NCBI GenBank assembly: GCA_938084885.1
Contig: CALKGG010000028.1
Span: forward strand, 7,199 to 71,198
From: an uncultured Acidimicrobiales bacterium
GTDB taxonomy: Bacteria; Actinomycetota; Acidimicrobiia; Acidimicrobiales; SHLQ01
Direction: 5' to 3'
Length of the DNA stretch: 64,000 nucleotides
Below are positions 55,451 to 64,000 of this stretch, piece after piece. Within the stretch, counting starts at the first letter, position 1; each line of letters opens with the position of its first letter. The translations under genes were made by a program, and so were the position numbers. Under the pieces are notes generated by a model. The model had not been told where the DNA came from and did not search any database. It saw only the letters and a list, made by a program, of their open reading frames with translations.

Positions 55451-56340
55451 GACACCTGCTCGAAATCGATGATCTGACCGGCGACGAACTCGTACACGTG
55501 CTCGAACTCGCGCAAACGAGCACCCCACCGCAGGTCTTGTCGGGCAAAGGCATGGCGCTCGTGTTCGAAAAGCCGAGCCTGCGCACTCGCAACAGTATGG
55601 AGATGGCCGTCTTTCAGCTCGGCGGGCACCCCGTGTACATCCAAAGCAATGAAATTGGACTCGATACCCGAGAGTCGGTCGAGGACGTCACCAACACACT
55701 CGCCGGATTCCACGCTGCGATTGGGGCTCGCGTGTTCGAACATTCAAAGGTTGAACGTATGGCAGCGGTCGACAGAATCCCGATCGTCAACTTGCTCAGC
55801 GACGCAGCACATCCAATGCAGGCGTTGGCCGACGTGCTCACCATCATCGATGAGTTCGGGTCGGTTGAAGGACGAGTCGTCACCTACGTTGGCGATTCGA
55901 ACAATGTCACCCGGTCACTGGGCCTTGCTGTTGGCATGCTCGGTGGCATCTTTCGGATTGCATCGCCGATCGACTACAGCTTTGGCGAGGATGACCTCGC
56001 TCGACTGCGTTCTGCGGGGGGAGTGGTCGAGACGATGACCAACCCATACGAAGCAGTCGAGGGATGCGACGTTGTGTACAGCGATGTCTTTACCTCGATG
56101 GGCCAAGAGGCCGAAACCGACATTCGGTTGCGAGCGTTTGCCGACTATCAGATCAACGAATCGCTAATGGCGGCCGCTGGAGACGCTGTGTTCTTACATT
56201 GTTTGCCTGCGCACCGTGGCGAAGAGGTCACGAGCAACGTCGTCGACAGCCCCGCGAGCCGGGTCTGGAAGCTGGCCGAAAACCGTATGCACGCCGCCCG
56301 CGGCTATCTCGCGTTTGTTATCGGAGAATCAGAACTGTGA
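55447..56340 (+). CDS. argF: Ornithine carbamoyltransferase
   Basis: FEKPSLRTR, HPMQALAD, SMGQE and HCLPAHRG motifs. Confidence 0.95.
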   Translation: MRHLLEIDDLTGDELVHVLELAQTSTPPQVLSGKGMALVFEKPSLRTRNSMEMAVFQLGGHPVYIQSNEIGLDTRESVEDVTNTLAGFHAAIGARVFEHSKVERMAAVDRIPIVNLLSDAAHPMQALADVLTIIDEFGSVEGRVVTYVGDSNNVTRSLGLAVGMLGGIFRIASPIDYSFGEDDLARLRSAGGVVETMTNPYEAVEGCDVVYSDVFTSMGQEAETDIRLRAFADYQINESLMAAAGDAVFLHCLPAHRGEEVTSNVVDSPASRVWKLAENRMHAARGYLAFVIGESEL

Positions 56341-56456
56341 CCTTGGGTAGCCCGGAGGGACCGAGGGCGGAAATGGGCCTCTGGCCAGCAGCGGAGCATC
56401 GAGGAGCGCAGCGACAGATTGTGAACGCTGGAGCGACGAAGGAGCGGGACGTATGA
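56337..56456 (+). CDS. 39-aa mini-ORF coupling argF to argR (MIRU-like element)
   Basis: GTGA overlap with the argF stop and ATGA overlap with the argR start; (V/M)TLGSPEGPRAEMGLWPAAEHRGAQRQIVNAGATKERDV*. Confidence 0.6.
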   Translation: MTLGSPEGPRAEMGLWPAAEHRGAQRQIVNAGATKERDV

Positions 56457-56914
56457 GCAAGACATCGCGTCAACATCGGATAGTGCAACTTTTGGGGGAT
56501 GTGGCGGTCACTTCACAGACGCAGCTTGTTGAGCTGCTGCAAGCCGAGAACATCGAAGCGACCCAGGCCACGGTGTCTCGCGACCTCGAAGACATTGGAG
56601 CTATCAAAGTTCGGGTTCCCGGCGGCGACCTTGTGTATGCGCTTCCAGAGCACACCAACGACCAAGTCGCTCCGCCCGATCATCTCCGCCGTGTCCTGAG
56701 CGATTGGGTTGCAGAGGTTGCCCATTCGCACAATATCGTTGTTATCCGGACCCCTCCTGGGTCCGCGCATGTCGTTGCGTCCGCGCTCGACCGTTCAGGC
56801 CTTGACGGCGTGATCGGCACGGTCGCCGGCGACGACTCCATCATGATCGTCGCGTCAGAAGAAACCACCGGCAAAGACCTTGCCGCTCATATTGCAGATC
56901 TCGCAGGAATCTAG
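56453..56914 (+). CDS. argR: Arginine repressor
   Basis: TQATVSRDL, RTPPGSAH and GTVAGDD motifs. Confidence 0.96.
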   Translation: MSKTSRQHRIVQLLGDVAVTSQTQLVELLQAENIEATQATVSRDLEDIGAIKVRVPGGDLVYALPEHTNDQVAPPDHLRRVLSDWVAEVAHSHNIVVIRTPPGSAHVVASALDRSGLDGVIGTVAGDDSIMIVASEETTGKDLAAHIADLAGI

Positions 56915-56929
56915 GAGTTCACCAATCCC

Positions 56930-58168
56930 ATGGCAGCAAACGCCGCACACCAATCCATCGACAAGGTTGTCCTCGCGTATTCGGGCGGCCTCGACACCTC
57001 GATTATTCTCAAATGGCTCCAGGAGACCTACGAGTGCGAGGTCGTCACCTTTACCGCCGACCTTGGTCAGGGCGAAGAGGTCGAACCAGCTCGCACAAAG
57101 GCCCTCGAAATGGGTGTTCCCGCCGAGCAGATCTACATCGATGATCTTCGCGAAGAGTTCGTTCGCGACTTCGTGTTTCCAATGTTCCGGGCCAACACGA
57201 TCTACGAAGGCGAATACTTGCTCGGGACGTCGATCGCCCGTCCCCTGATCGCAAAGCGTCTCGTCGAGATCGCTGTCGAGCAGAACGCCGACGCAATCAG
57301 CCATGGTGCCACCGGCAAAGGAAACGACCAGGTCCGCTTCGAGCTGGGTGCCTATGCGCTCAAGCCCGACATCAAGGTGATCGCCCCGTGGCGCGACTGG
57401 GATCTTGGGTCCCGCGAGTCGCTGATGGCCTATGCCGCCGAGCATCAGATTCCAATTGAGATGAAGCGGGGCAAGGAGTCGCCATTTTCCATGGACGCCA
57501 ACTTGTTGCACATCAGCTTCGAGGGCGGCCCACTCGAGAACCCGTGGACCGAACCTCCCGAGGAGATGTGGCGCTGGTCGGTCAGCCCCGAGACTGCTCC
57601 CGATACCCCCACCTATCTCGAACTCACCTACGACGCCGGTGACATCACCGCGATCGACGGTGTGGCAATGTCCCCGGCCACGGTGCTCACCGAACTCAAC
57701 CGCCTCGGCGGCGACAACGGCATTGGACGACTCGACATCGTCGAGAATCGCTTTGTTGGCATGAAGAGCCGCGGCGCCTACGAAACACCGGGTGGCACGA
57801 TCATGATGCGCGCCCATCGCGCGATTGAGTCGATCACGCTCGACCGTGAGGTGGCGCACTTAAAGGACGAGTTGATGCCTCGTTACGCGAAGCTCATCTA
57901 CAACGGGTTCTGGTTTAGCCCCGAGCGCGAGATGCTCCAGACCGCCATCGACCATAGCCAGGCTGCCGTCAGCGGTGTGGTTCGGCTCAAGCTGTACAAG
58001 GGCAACATCACCGTTGTTGGACGCAAGAGCGACAACTCGCTGTTCGACGAGAAGATCGCCACGTTCGAAGAGGACGACGGCGCATACGACCAGTCCGATG
58101 CCGAGGGCTTTATCAAGCTCAACGCCCTCCGTCTCCGGACCCTCGCGTTCAAGAGGGGTAACGGATGA
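56930..58168 (+). CDS. argG: Argininosuccinate synthase
   Basis: [24 protein letters not shown] and GMKSRG.YETPG motifs. Confidence 0.97.
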   Translation: MAANAAHQSIDKVVLAYSGGLDTSIILKWLQETYECEVVTFTADLGQGEEVEPARTKALEMGVPAEQIYIDDLREEFVRDFVFPMFRANTIYEGEYLLGTSIARPLIAKRLVEIAVEQNADAISHGATGKGNDQVRFELGAYALKPDIKVIAPWRDWDLGSRESLMAYAAEHQIPIEMKRGKESPFSMDANLLHISFEGGPLENPWTEPPEEMWRWSVSPETAPDTPTYLELTYDAGDITAIDGVAMSPATVLTELNRLGGDNGIGRLDIVENRFVGMKSRGAYETPGGTIMMRAHRAIESITLDREVAHLKDELMPRYAKLIYNGFWFSPEREMLQTAIDHSQAAVSGVVRLKLYKGNITVVGRKSDNSLFDEKIATFEEDDGAYDQSDAEGFIKLNALRLRTLAFKRGNG

Positions 58169-59607
58169 CTCTCGAGGGGAGCGGCGCGAACCAAGCCAGC
58201 AGCGTAGGCAGCGTTGGGTCGTCGGGCGGAGGTCCCGAAAGGTTGCAGCTCTGGCAGGGACGGTTCGAGGGTGGGCCGTCGGAAGCGTTGCAGCAGCTGA
58301 ACGACAGCTTGCCATTCGATCAGCGCATGTTTCGCGAGGATATTGCGGGGTCTCGCGCCCATGTCGTGATGCTCGAAGCGGTCGCCATCTTGACCACCGC
58401 TGAGCGAGACGGTGTGCTCGCAGCTCTAAACCGGGTCGAAGAAGAGCTGGTGGCGGGTGATTTTGAATTCGCCGCAAGTGATGAGGACATTCATACCGCA
58501 GTCGAACGGCGGGTCACCGAACTCGAACCCGCCGGCGCAAAAATGCATACGGGGCGGTCCCGCAACGATCAGGTCGCAACCGATGTCCGGTTGTGGACGC
58601 TCGCGGCGATCGACGAGATCACCGATCTGGTGCGCCGGTTGCAGCGCACGCTGTTGGGCAAGGCCGAAGCAGCCGGCGATGCCTACCTGCCCGGGTATAC
58701 CCATCTTCAGCAGGCCCAGCCGGTGGCGTTGGCCCACCATTTGTTGGCGCACGGCTGGATGCTCAATCGCGATGTTGATCGTTTGGCCGATGCCCGGCGG
58801 CGAACCGATGTGTCGGTGCTTGGCGCTGGCGCTCTCGCCGGCTCGTCCCTTCCGCTCGATCCATCGATTTCTCAGAACGAACTTGGATTTTCCGGCCTCT
58901 TCGACAACAGCCTCGATGCCGTTGCCGACCGAGATTTCGTGGCCGACACGCTCTACGCACTGACCATGATCGGCGTGCACCTCAGCCGTATTGGCGAAGA
59001 GCTCATCATTTGGGCCAGCACCGAGTTTGGATTTATTACGCTCGACGACGCGTTCAGCACTGGTTCGTCGATGATGCCGCAGAAGAAGAACCCCGATATT
59101 GCCGAACTCGCTCGGGGCAAGGGCGGCCGGCTGATCGGCAACCTCACCGGGTTCTTGGCCAGCGTGAAAGGCTTGCCGCTCACGTACAACAAGGACATGC
59201 AGGAAGACAAAGAGCCGTTGTTCGATGCGGTCGACACGGTTCGTCTCACGCTGCTCGCGCTCGACGGCATGATTGGTTCGACCACGTTCAATACCGACGT
59301 GATGGCTGCCCAAGCAAACTCTCCCTATGCGGCCGCAACCGACCTGGCTGAGTATCTGGTTACGAACGGAACGCCATTCCGTGAAGCACACGCCATTGTC
59401 GGCGAGGCGGTCCGCAACGCCCTTGCAGGTGAGGGCACGCTGGCAGAACTGGTAATGGCCGACGAACGCCTCGGACCAGAAGCTGCAGCGATCCTCGAAC
59501 CTGGAGTCTCGGTGACGCGTCGCACAACCCATGGTGGCGGCAGCCCACACGCTGTTGCATCCCAGCTCGAGCGCTTCCGGCAGGCAATCAGCCCACACGG
59601 CAGCTAA
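58165..59607 (+). CDS. argH: Argininosuccinate lyase
   Basis: [22 protein letters not shown] and [12 protein letters not shown] motifs. Confidence 0.97.
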   Translation: MTLEGSGANQASSVGSVGSSGGGPERLQLWQGRFEGGPSEALQQLNDSLPFDQRMFREDIAGSRAHVVMLEAVAILTTAERDGVLAALNRVEEELVAGDFEFAASDEDIHTAVERRVTELEPAGAKMHTGRSRNDQVATDVRLWTLAAIDEITDLVRRLQRTLLGKAEAAGDAYLPGYTHLQQAQPVALAHHLLAHGWMLNRDVDRLADARRRTDVSVLGAGALAGSSLPLDPSISQNELGFSGLFDNSLDAVADRDFVADTLYALTMIGVHLSRIGEELIIWASTEFGFITLDDAFSTGSSMMPQKKNPDIAELARGKGGRLIGNLTGFLASVKGLPLTYNKDMQEDKEPLFDAVDTVRLTLLALDGMIGSTTFNTDVMAAQANSPYAAATDLAEYLVTNGTPFREAHAIVGEAVRNALAGEGTLAELVMADERLGPEAAAILEPGVSVTRRTTHGGGSPHAVASQLERFRQAISPHGS

Positions 59608-59637
59608 GTCACGCGAGCGCGACTGCCCGAAAAACGC

Positions 59638-59673
59638 AAAAACTGCGGCCGAGCATTCGCTCAGCCGCAGTTT
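59638..59673. terminator. Intrinsic terminator between convergent argH and the RTX gene
   Basis: AAACTGCGGC-C-GAGC-ATTC-GCTC-A-GCCGCAGTTT; reads as stem + T5 on the minus strand. Confidence 0.8.
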
Positions 59674-59699
59674 CAGCGTCCACTACACATCGCCAGTGT

Positions 59700-60755
59700 T
59701 TACTCGTCGGTGTTGAGTTCGATCCAACGCTCGCCCCACGCCACAGCGTCGTCGTAGTACGAGGCTGCGGGGTTGATTGTGTTGTCCAAGTTCGGGTGGT
59801 TGCGTCGTTTGAGCAGTGCCTCGCCGATTGCCTTTGCCTCGCCCGGGGTCACCGGCTCAAGGTGAATGGATTCGCGAGGGTTGATGTTTGCAGTCGCCGC
59901 TGGTTCGAGGACAAAGTCGGCGCCGCCGAGCATGACCTGGGCTCCGTCGACCATAAAGACGATGCTGTTTCGGGTGCCGTCACGGCCCATGTGGACGTAC
60001 ACGTTGCGGGTGCCGCCGGCGAGTTCGCTTGGAAGCGCTTGTGCTGGCAGGAGAGGATTGTCGGCGGCGGTCACGTATGCGCCTTCGCAGCTGGCAAATG
60101 TGGCACTGGCGTTGGTTACCGAGGCGCAATGGTCAAATCCGCCACCGGCCTTGACGAGCAAATCGATTCGGTCGGCGGACAGAATGTCTTCACCCTTGCC
60201 GCCAAGGAGCCGGTCCTTGCCCTTGTGGCCAACGAGGATGTCGCGGCCCGGGCCGCCGTTGATCTTGTCGCGGCCGTTGTAACCGAGGAGCTTGTCGTTG
60301 CCCTTGCCACCAATGATGACGTCGGAACGGTTGGTTCCAATAATGGTGTCTGAACCATTACCGCCGTAGGCGACCAGGCGACCAGTGTCTTCAAGGAGAT
60401 CTTGTGGAATCAGCGTGTTTTCGGTGTCCCAGTTGCCTGCGATGAGGTCGTGTCCGCCGTTGCCGTAGATGGTGTCGGCGCCGAGGTTGCCAAAGAGCAG
60501 GTCGTTGCCGGTTCCTCCGCAGATGATGTCGTTTCCGGCACCGGCGAAGACCTTGTCGTGACCACCGAGGGCGACGATGACATCGTCACCGTCGGTTCCA
60601 AAGAGGTTATCGTTGGACTCGGTGCCAACAATAGTGGCTTCCTCGCCACCGCAGAAGACCGTTGGGGTCTGTGCTCCTGCGAGGGAAGTAGTCGTGGCGA
60701 GTAGGGCAATGGCCGCTGCAATAGCGGTCCCGACGTGGTGCTTCTTAACGTTCAT
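59700..60755 (-). CDS. Secreted Ca-binding (hemolysin-type GGxGxD repeat) protein with a distinct C-terminal domain
   Basis: Signal peptide, C.G..ATIVGT cap and many GGxGxDxLx nonapeptides. Confidence 0.88.
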   Translation of the reverse strand: MNVKKHHVGTAIAAAIALLATTTSLAGAQTPTVFCGGEEATIVGTESNDNLFGTDGDDVIVALGGHDKVFAGAGNDIICGGTGNDLLFGNLGADTIYGNGGHDLIAGNWDTENTLIPQDLLEDTGRLVAYGGNGSDTIIGTNRSDVIIGGKGNDKLLGYNGRDKINGGPGRDILVGHKGKDRLLGGKGEDILSADRIDLLVKAGGGFDHCASVTNASATFASCEGAYVTAADNPLLPAQALPSELAGGTRNVYVHMGRDGTRNSIVFMVDGAQVMLGGADFVLEPAATANINPRESIHLEPVTPGEAKAIGEALLKRRNHPNLDNTINPAASYYDDAVAWGERWIELNTDE

Positions 60756-60890
60756 AGCTCAATGCTGGCTCACGCAGAGTGGTGTGGTAAGGGTCTTCTG
60801 GACCATCCCGTGAAAAGAGATGGGTGTCACATCTCGTTGCTTGTTCGGTGGTCGAGACCGGCGGGCCAGTCGGGTGGTACCGTCTGCACC

Positions 60891-61496
60891 ATGCGTGAAT
60901 ACATGCGATTCGGTTGGGACGATCCAGCAATGGTCGGTAGTTCAGAGCCGCGCGCAGCATGGCATCATGTTGCGCCCGTGCACGTCCACGAGCTCGAGGA
61001 GGTCAAGCGGAAGTTCTTCGAGCTGACCGCCCTCGAGCCAGGTGCGCTCGATCGTATGACCACTCCAGGGCATCTCACTGGCTCGGCGCTTGTGTTCAAT
61101 CACGATGCCACCGAAACATTGCTCCTGTTTCACACGAAGCTTCAGCGATGGCTCCAGCCCGGTGGGCACGCCGATGGCGAGGCCAACCTTGCGCGGGTGG
61201 CTCTCAAAGAGGCGATCGAGGAAAGTGGTATTGACGAACTCGAGATCGTCGATCCGGCAATCGACCTCGACATCCACAACGTTGCGCCCGCCGGTGCTGA
61301 ACCTGTGTGGCACTATGACGTTCGTTTCGTTGTCTTTGCCCCCGCTGGCGCTCAACCTGTTGGCAATCACGAGTCCCAAGACATTCGGTGGGTGCCCCTT
61401 GGTGAGCTCGACGGCTATGACCTCGACGACGGTCATCATCGGATGATCGCCGCTGGAAAGATCGTCGCCGATCAACTCATCAGCGAGAGCGCCTAA
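60891..61496 (+). CDS. NUDIX hydrolase
   Basis: GHLTGSA and Nudix box PGGHADG...ALKEAIEESG; TACCGT + 7 nt before ATG 60891. Confidence 0.88.
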   Translation: MREYMRFGWDDPAMVGSSEPRAAWHHVAPVHVHELEEVKRKFFELTALEPGALDRMTTPGHLTGSALVFNHDATETLLLFHTKLQRWLQPGGHADGEANLARVALKEAIEESGIDELEIVDPAIDLDIHNVAPAGAEPVWHYDVRFVVFAPAGAQPVGNHESQDIRWVPLGELDGYDLDDGHHRMIAAGKIVADQLISESA

Positions 61497-61526
61497 CCCG
61501 AACGAGCACCGTTTCGGTCCATTGGG

Positions 61527-62387
61527 TCAATACCGGAGACGCTTCTTCCAGCGTTCGATCGTTGGGTTAAACGTGTCGATTGTGCGAAACGCCTCGCCGC
61601 GCACGGCGCTTCGCGCCGTTGCCATCTCGGCCATTCGTTCTTGGGGAATAAGCAAGTAGTCCCAGTAGTAGGTTCCGGCGACCTCGACGAATTCATCGGC
61701 ACCCAACTCGTTGCCGAAGAGGTCGACGATTGCGAGACCGTGGACGTCAGCGAACTCCAACAGTTCCGCTGTGCCATAGCCATAGACCGCTGCAGCTCGA
61801 TGGCCGAACTCGATGCTGATGATCGGCCGATCGAGGCGAATGCGGCGCTGCGCCCCTCGGAGCACATCGAGTTCACCGCCTTCAACATCGATTTTGATGA
61901 ACGAGATTCCCGGTGGGATCTTTTGGTTGTCCAACCGGTCGAGGGCGACCTCGATACTGGTTGTCTGCGGCCGGTGGAGCTTCTGGTCGTCATTGCCGTA
62001 ACGGTCACGAAGTCCCGATTCGCCCGGTGATGCGCCATGCAGGACAAAGGTGTCAGTACCCGACCGGTTCGAAAGGGCCACCTCACGCACTTCGGTGTTG
62101 TCGGCACGACGAAACTCTCGCGCAAGGCCCGCTGCGAGCGCAGGAATGGGCTCAAAGAGCACCATCGTGGCTGGCCGGAGGTAGCGCTGAAAGCGACGGC
62201 TGTGCATCCCGTTGTGTGCGCCAACGTCGATGACGACACCGCCGCGCTGAACGTAGTGGCGGTAACTGATCGTGAGCAACCGTTCCCAATCGATCGCCGA
62301 TGGCTGCAACCCACGGTCGTGTCGCAACGAATAGATATCTGCAGCGCCGCAGAACGCAGCGTGGACGGTGGAGTTCGTGCCAGACAT
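61527..62387 (-). CDS. FkbM family methyltransferase
   Basis: IDVGAHNG, FEP and FIKIDVEGGELDVL.GA motifs; GGGAG SD. Confidence 0.9.
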   Translation of the reverse strand: MSGTNSTVHAAFCGAADIYSLRHDRGLQPSAIDWERLLTISYRHYVQRGGVVIDVGAHNGMHSRRFQRYLRPATMVLFEPIPALAAGLAREFRRADNTEVREVALSNRSGTDTFVLHGASPGESGLRDRYGNDDQKLHRPQTTSIEVALDRLDNQKIPPGISFIKIDVEGGELDVLRGAQRRIRLDRPIISIEFGHRAAAVYGYGTAELLEFADVHGLAIVDLFGNELGADEFVEVAGTYYWDYLLIPQERMAEMATARSAVRGEAFRTIDTFNPTIERWKKRLRY

Positions 62388-62436
62388 TTCTCCCAATCGG
62401 CATCGGGAAGGTGATGCTGAGTGGTTTCTATTGTCG

Positions 62437-63018
62437 TTACAGGTCGCCGGGAGGCAGACAGCTCCTGAACTCATTCACCCGCGCAAATCCGCTCATTCGC
62501 TCGGCAATGAAGATGCCATCACTCTCGGTATTGAGGAACCGAACGTCTCCCTCGGTGCGGAGACGTTCGACGTGGGTCATCCGGTCGCTGATCAAAATGT
62601 CCCAGTCCTCCAACCACCGGCTGACGAGGTCCCGATCCTCGGGTGTTCCGCCTTCGAGTTCGGCGAGCGCCATCCGCATTGCGGTCAAGGCCACATTGCT
62701 GTTCTCGACGATGTTGGCCCGGCTCTCGGGGCCGTCGGCCGATCGAGGAGACGGCAATGCATCGAGTTGGGCGACCGTTGCGGCGCACGTAGCTTCGATC
62801 GTGGCCACGTAGGCCTCATCGGCGATCTGGTCGGGCGCCTGGAAGATTTGGCGTGCCCATGGACTAAACGCAAAGATCCAGAATGCAATGGCGCCGAGTA
62901 TGAACACGACGGCAAAGACGCGGGTGACCGGCCCCATCCCTTCGGGAAGCGGTTCGAGCATGTCGTGGGGCTCTTCATTTTCGGGGTCGTCGTCCCGGTC
63001 CGATGCTGATTGTCTCAC
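62437..63018 (-). CDS. Single-TM hypothetical protein
   Basis: One TM (AVVFILGAIAFWIFAF) and two Cys; GTGA overlap with the PBP stop. Confidence 0.7.
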   Translation of the reverse strand: MRQSASDRDDDPENEEPHDMLEPLPEGMGPVTRVFAVVFILGAIAFWIFAFSPWARQIFQAPDQIADEAYVATIEATCAATVAQLDALPSPRSADGPESRANIVENSNVALTAMRMALAELEGGTPEDRDLVSRWLEDWDILISDRMTHVERLRTEGDVRFLNTESDGIFIAERMSGFARVNEFRSCLPPGDL

Positions 63019-64000
63019 TCGGTCAACTGCAGAACGATATTCACGGTGGTGCCAGCTTCTGATGGTGTGCCCGGTGCCGGGTCTTGACGAACAACGACAG
63101 CGTCAACTGAGTTGTTCGCCCGCACAAACTCGCCGTTTGCGTCGACGAATACTCGACGGTGGGTGAATCCTTCGCTACGGATGCGGAATCGGGCGCTGCC
63201 GAGATCGAGACCGATCACGTCTGGAACCTCGACGGGCACTGGTGCGATTGCGACTTCGACAATTACCGACGCGCCGCCCGGAGCGGAGATGCCTGGCGGC
63301 GGTGACTGGTTGATGATCGTGTTGGCCGGGAAATTCTGGTCCTCGATGCGAACAGGGGAGAGGGTGAGCGACGTGCCGTCGAGCTGTGCGTTTGCCTGTT
63401 GGACGGTCAGACCGAACAAATCGGGGGTCTGTACCGAGTCTGGTAGCTCAACAATGGTGTTGGTTGGAGCGCTCACAGGGGGAGCTGGAAACTCCGCTAC
63501 GGGAATCCGTGCGTGCGCTGCGGTCATGATCTCTCGCCAGATCTGCGCTGGATAGGTGCCGCCGGCGACCTGAATATCGGTTCCAGGATCCTCGTCAGTG
63601 CAGGTCTTTCGGCTGCACGGAACCATCGAAATTTGGCCTTGTGGGAAGCCAACCCACACCGCTGCGGCCAGATCTGGCGTGTAGCCGGCAAAGGTTGCGT
63701 CGGCAAAGTTCTGGGCCGTGCCAGTCTTGCCTGCCGCAGGTCGCCCAAAATCGGCGTCTCGACCCGTCCCTCGTGCAATGACCTCGCCAAGAATAAACGA
63801 CAGCTGGTCCGTGGTGGTCGTCGACAGCACCCGCTCACCGCTCGGCTCGTGGCGCCACAACGTCGTACCGTCGGGGTTGATGATCTCGCTCACAAAGACC
63901 GGGTCATGTTGCACGCCGCGGTTGGCAAACGTTGCATAGGCCGCAGCCAGATCGAGTGTGGTGACGTTCTCGGTGCCGAGGACTGAGGCATACACCGGGG
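63015..64000 (-). CDS. Penicillin-binding protein (probably class A) with C-terminal PASTA domains, 5'-truncated by the window
   Basis: LAAAYATFANRG and AGKTGT transpeptidase motif; two PASTA repeats (TPDLFG / VPDVIG...Q.P.PG). Confidence 0.9.
   Translation of the reverse strand, partial: PVYASVLGTENVTTLDLAAAYATFANRGVQHDPVFVSEIINPDGTTLWRHEPSGERVLSTTTTDQLSFILGEVIARGTGRDADFGRPAAGKTGTAQNFADATFAGYTPDLAAAVWVGFPQGQISMVPCSRKTCTDEDPGTDIQVAGGTYPAQIWREIMTAAHARIPVAEFPAPPVSAPTNTIVELPDSVQTPDLFGLTVQQANAQLDGTSLTLSPVRIEDQNFPANTIINQSPPPGISAPGGASVIVEVAIAPVPVEVPDVIGLDLGSARFRIRSEGFTHRRVFVDANGEFVRANNSVDAVVVRQDPAPGTPSEAGTTVNIVLQLTE

Noticed and set aside
1-64000. tRNA, rRNA, transposase, defence or phage genes
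   Set aside because: None recognised. Intergenic regions are short, and nearly all ORFs are explained by housekeeping or metabolic families; the few hypothetical ones show no such motifs.

Overview
This is a high-GC, gene-dense chromosomal window. Gene order (aroB-pepQ-efp-nusB-pyrR...mIHF-gmk-rpoZ-coaBC-metK-priA...def-fmt-rsmB; infC-rpmI-rplT-trmH...pheST; argCJBDFRGH) is characteristic of Actinomycetota; the assignment to Acidimicrobiia, possibly marine, is my inference from protein style and very acidic exported proteins. Most of the window is housekeeping, with accessory insertions: a TetR-led acyl-CoA carboxylase/dehydrogenase cluster, a molybdopterin oxidoreductase, several secreted proteins (Asp-box, spondin, RTX, metallopeptidase lipoprotein) and a PAS-GGDEF protein. 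I found no rRNA, tRNA, CRISPR, integrase or transposase. The most interesting signals are small. (1) Two MIRU-like inserts in the arg operon (argJ/argB, argF/argR), each forming a mini-ORF that overlaps both neighbours through ATGA/GTGA; one duplicates the ArgJ C-terminus. (2) A cluster of GGGGTCWGACCCC REP-like palindromes between metK and priA. (3) Non-canonical starts for infC (ATA) and the trmH gene of the same operon (CTG). (4) An RTX protein ending in what looks like an inactivated GIY-YIG/URI toxin domain. (5) Apparently proteobacterial-type argJ and argG inside an actinobacterial operon. (6) Readable regulatory sites: PyrR loop, ARG boxes, a PaaR-like operator, many leaderless promoters and two bidirectional ones. 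Family assignments come from motif recognition, not database searches.
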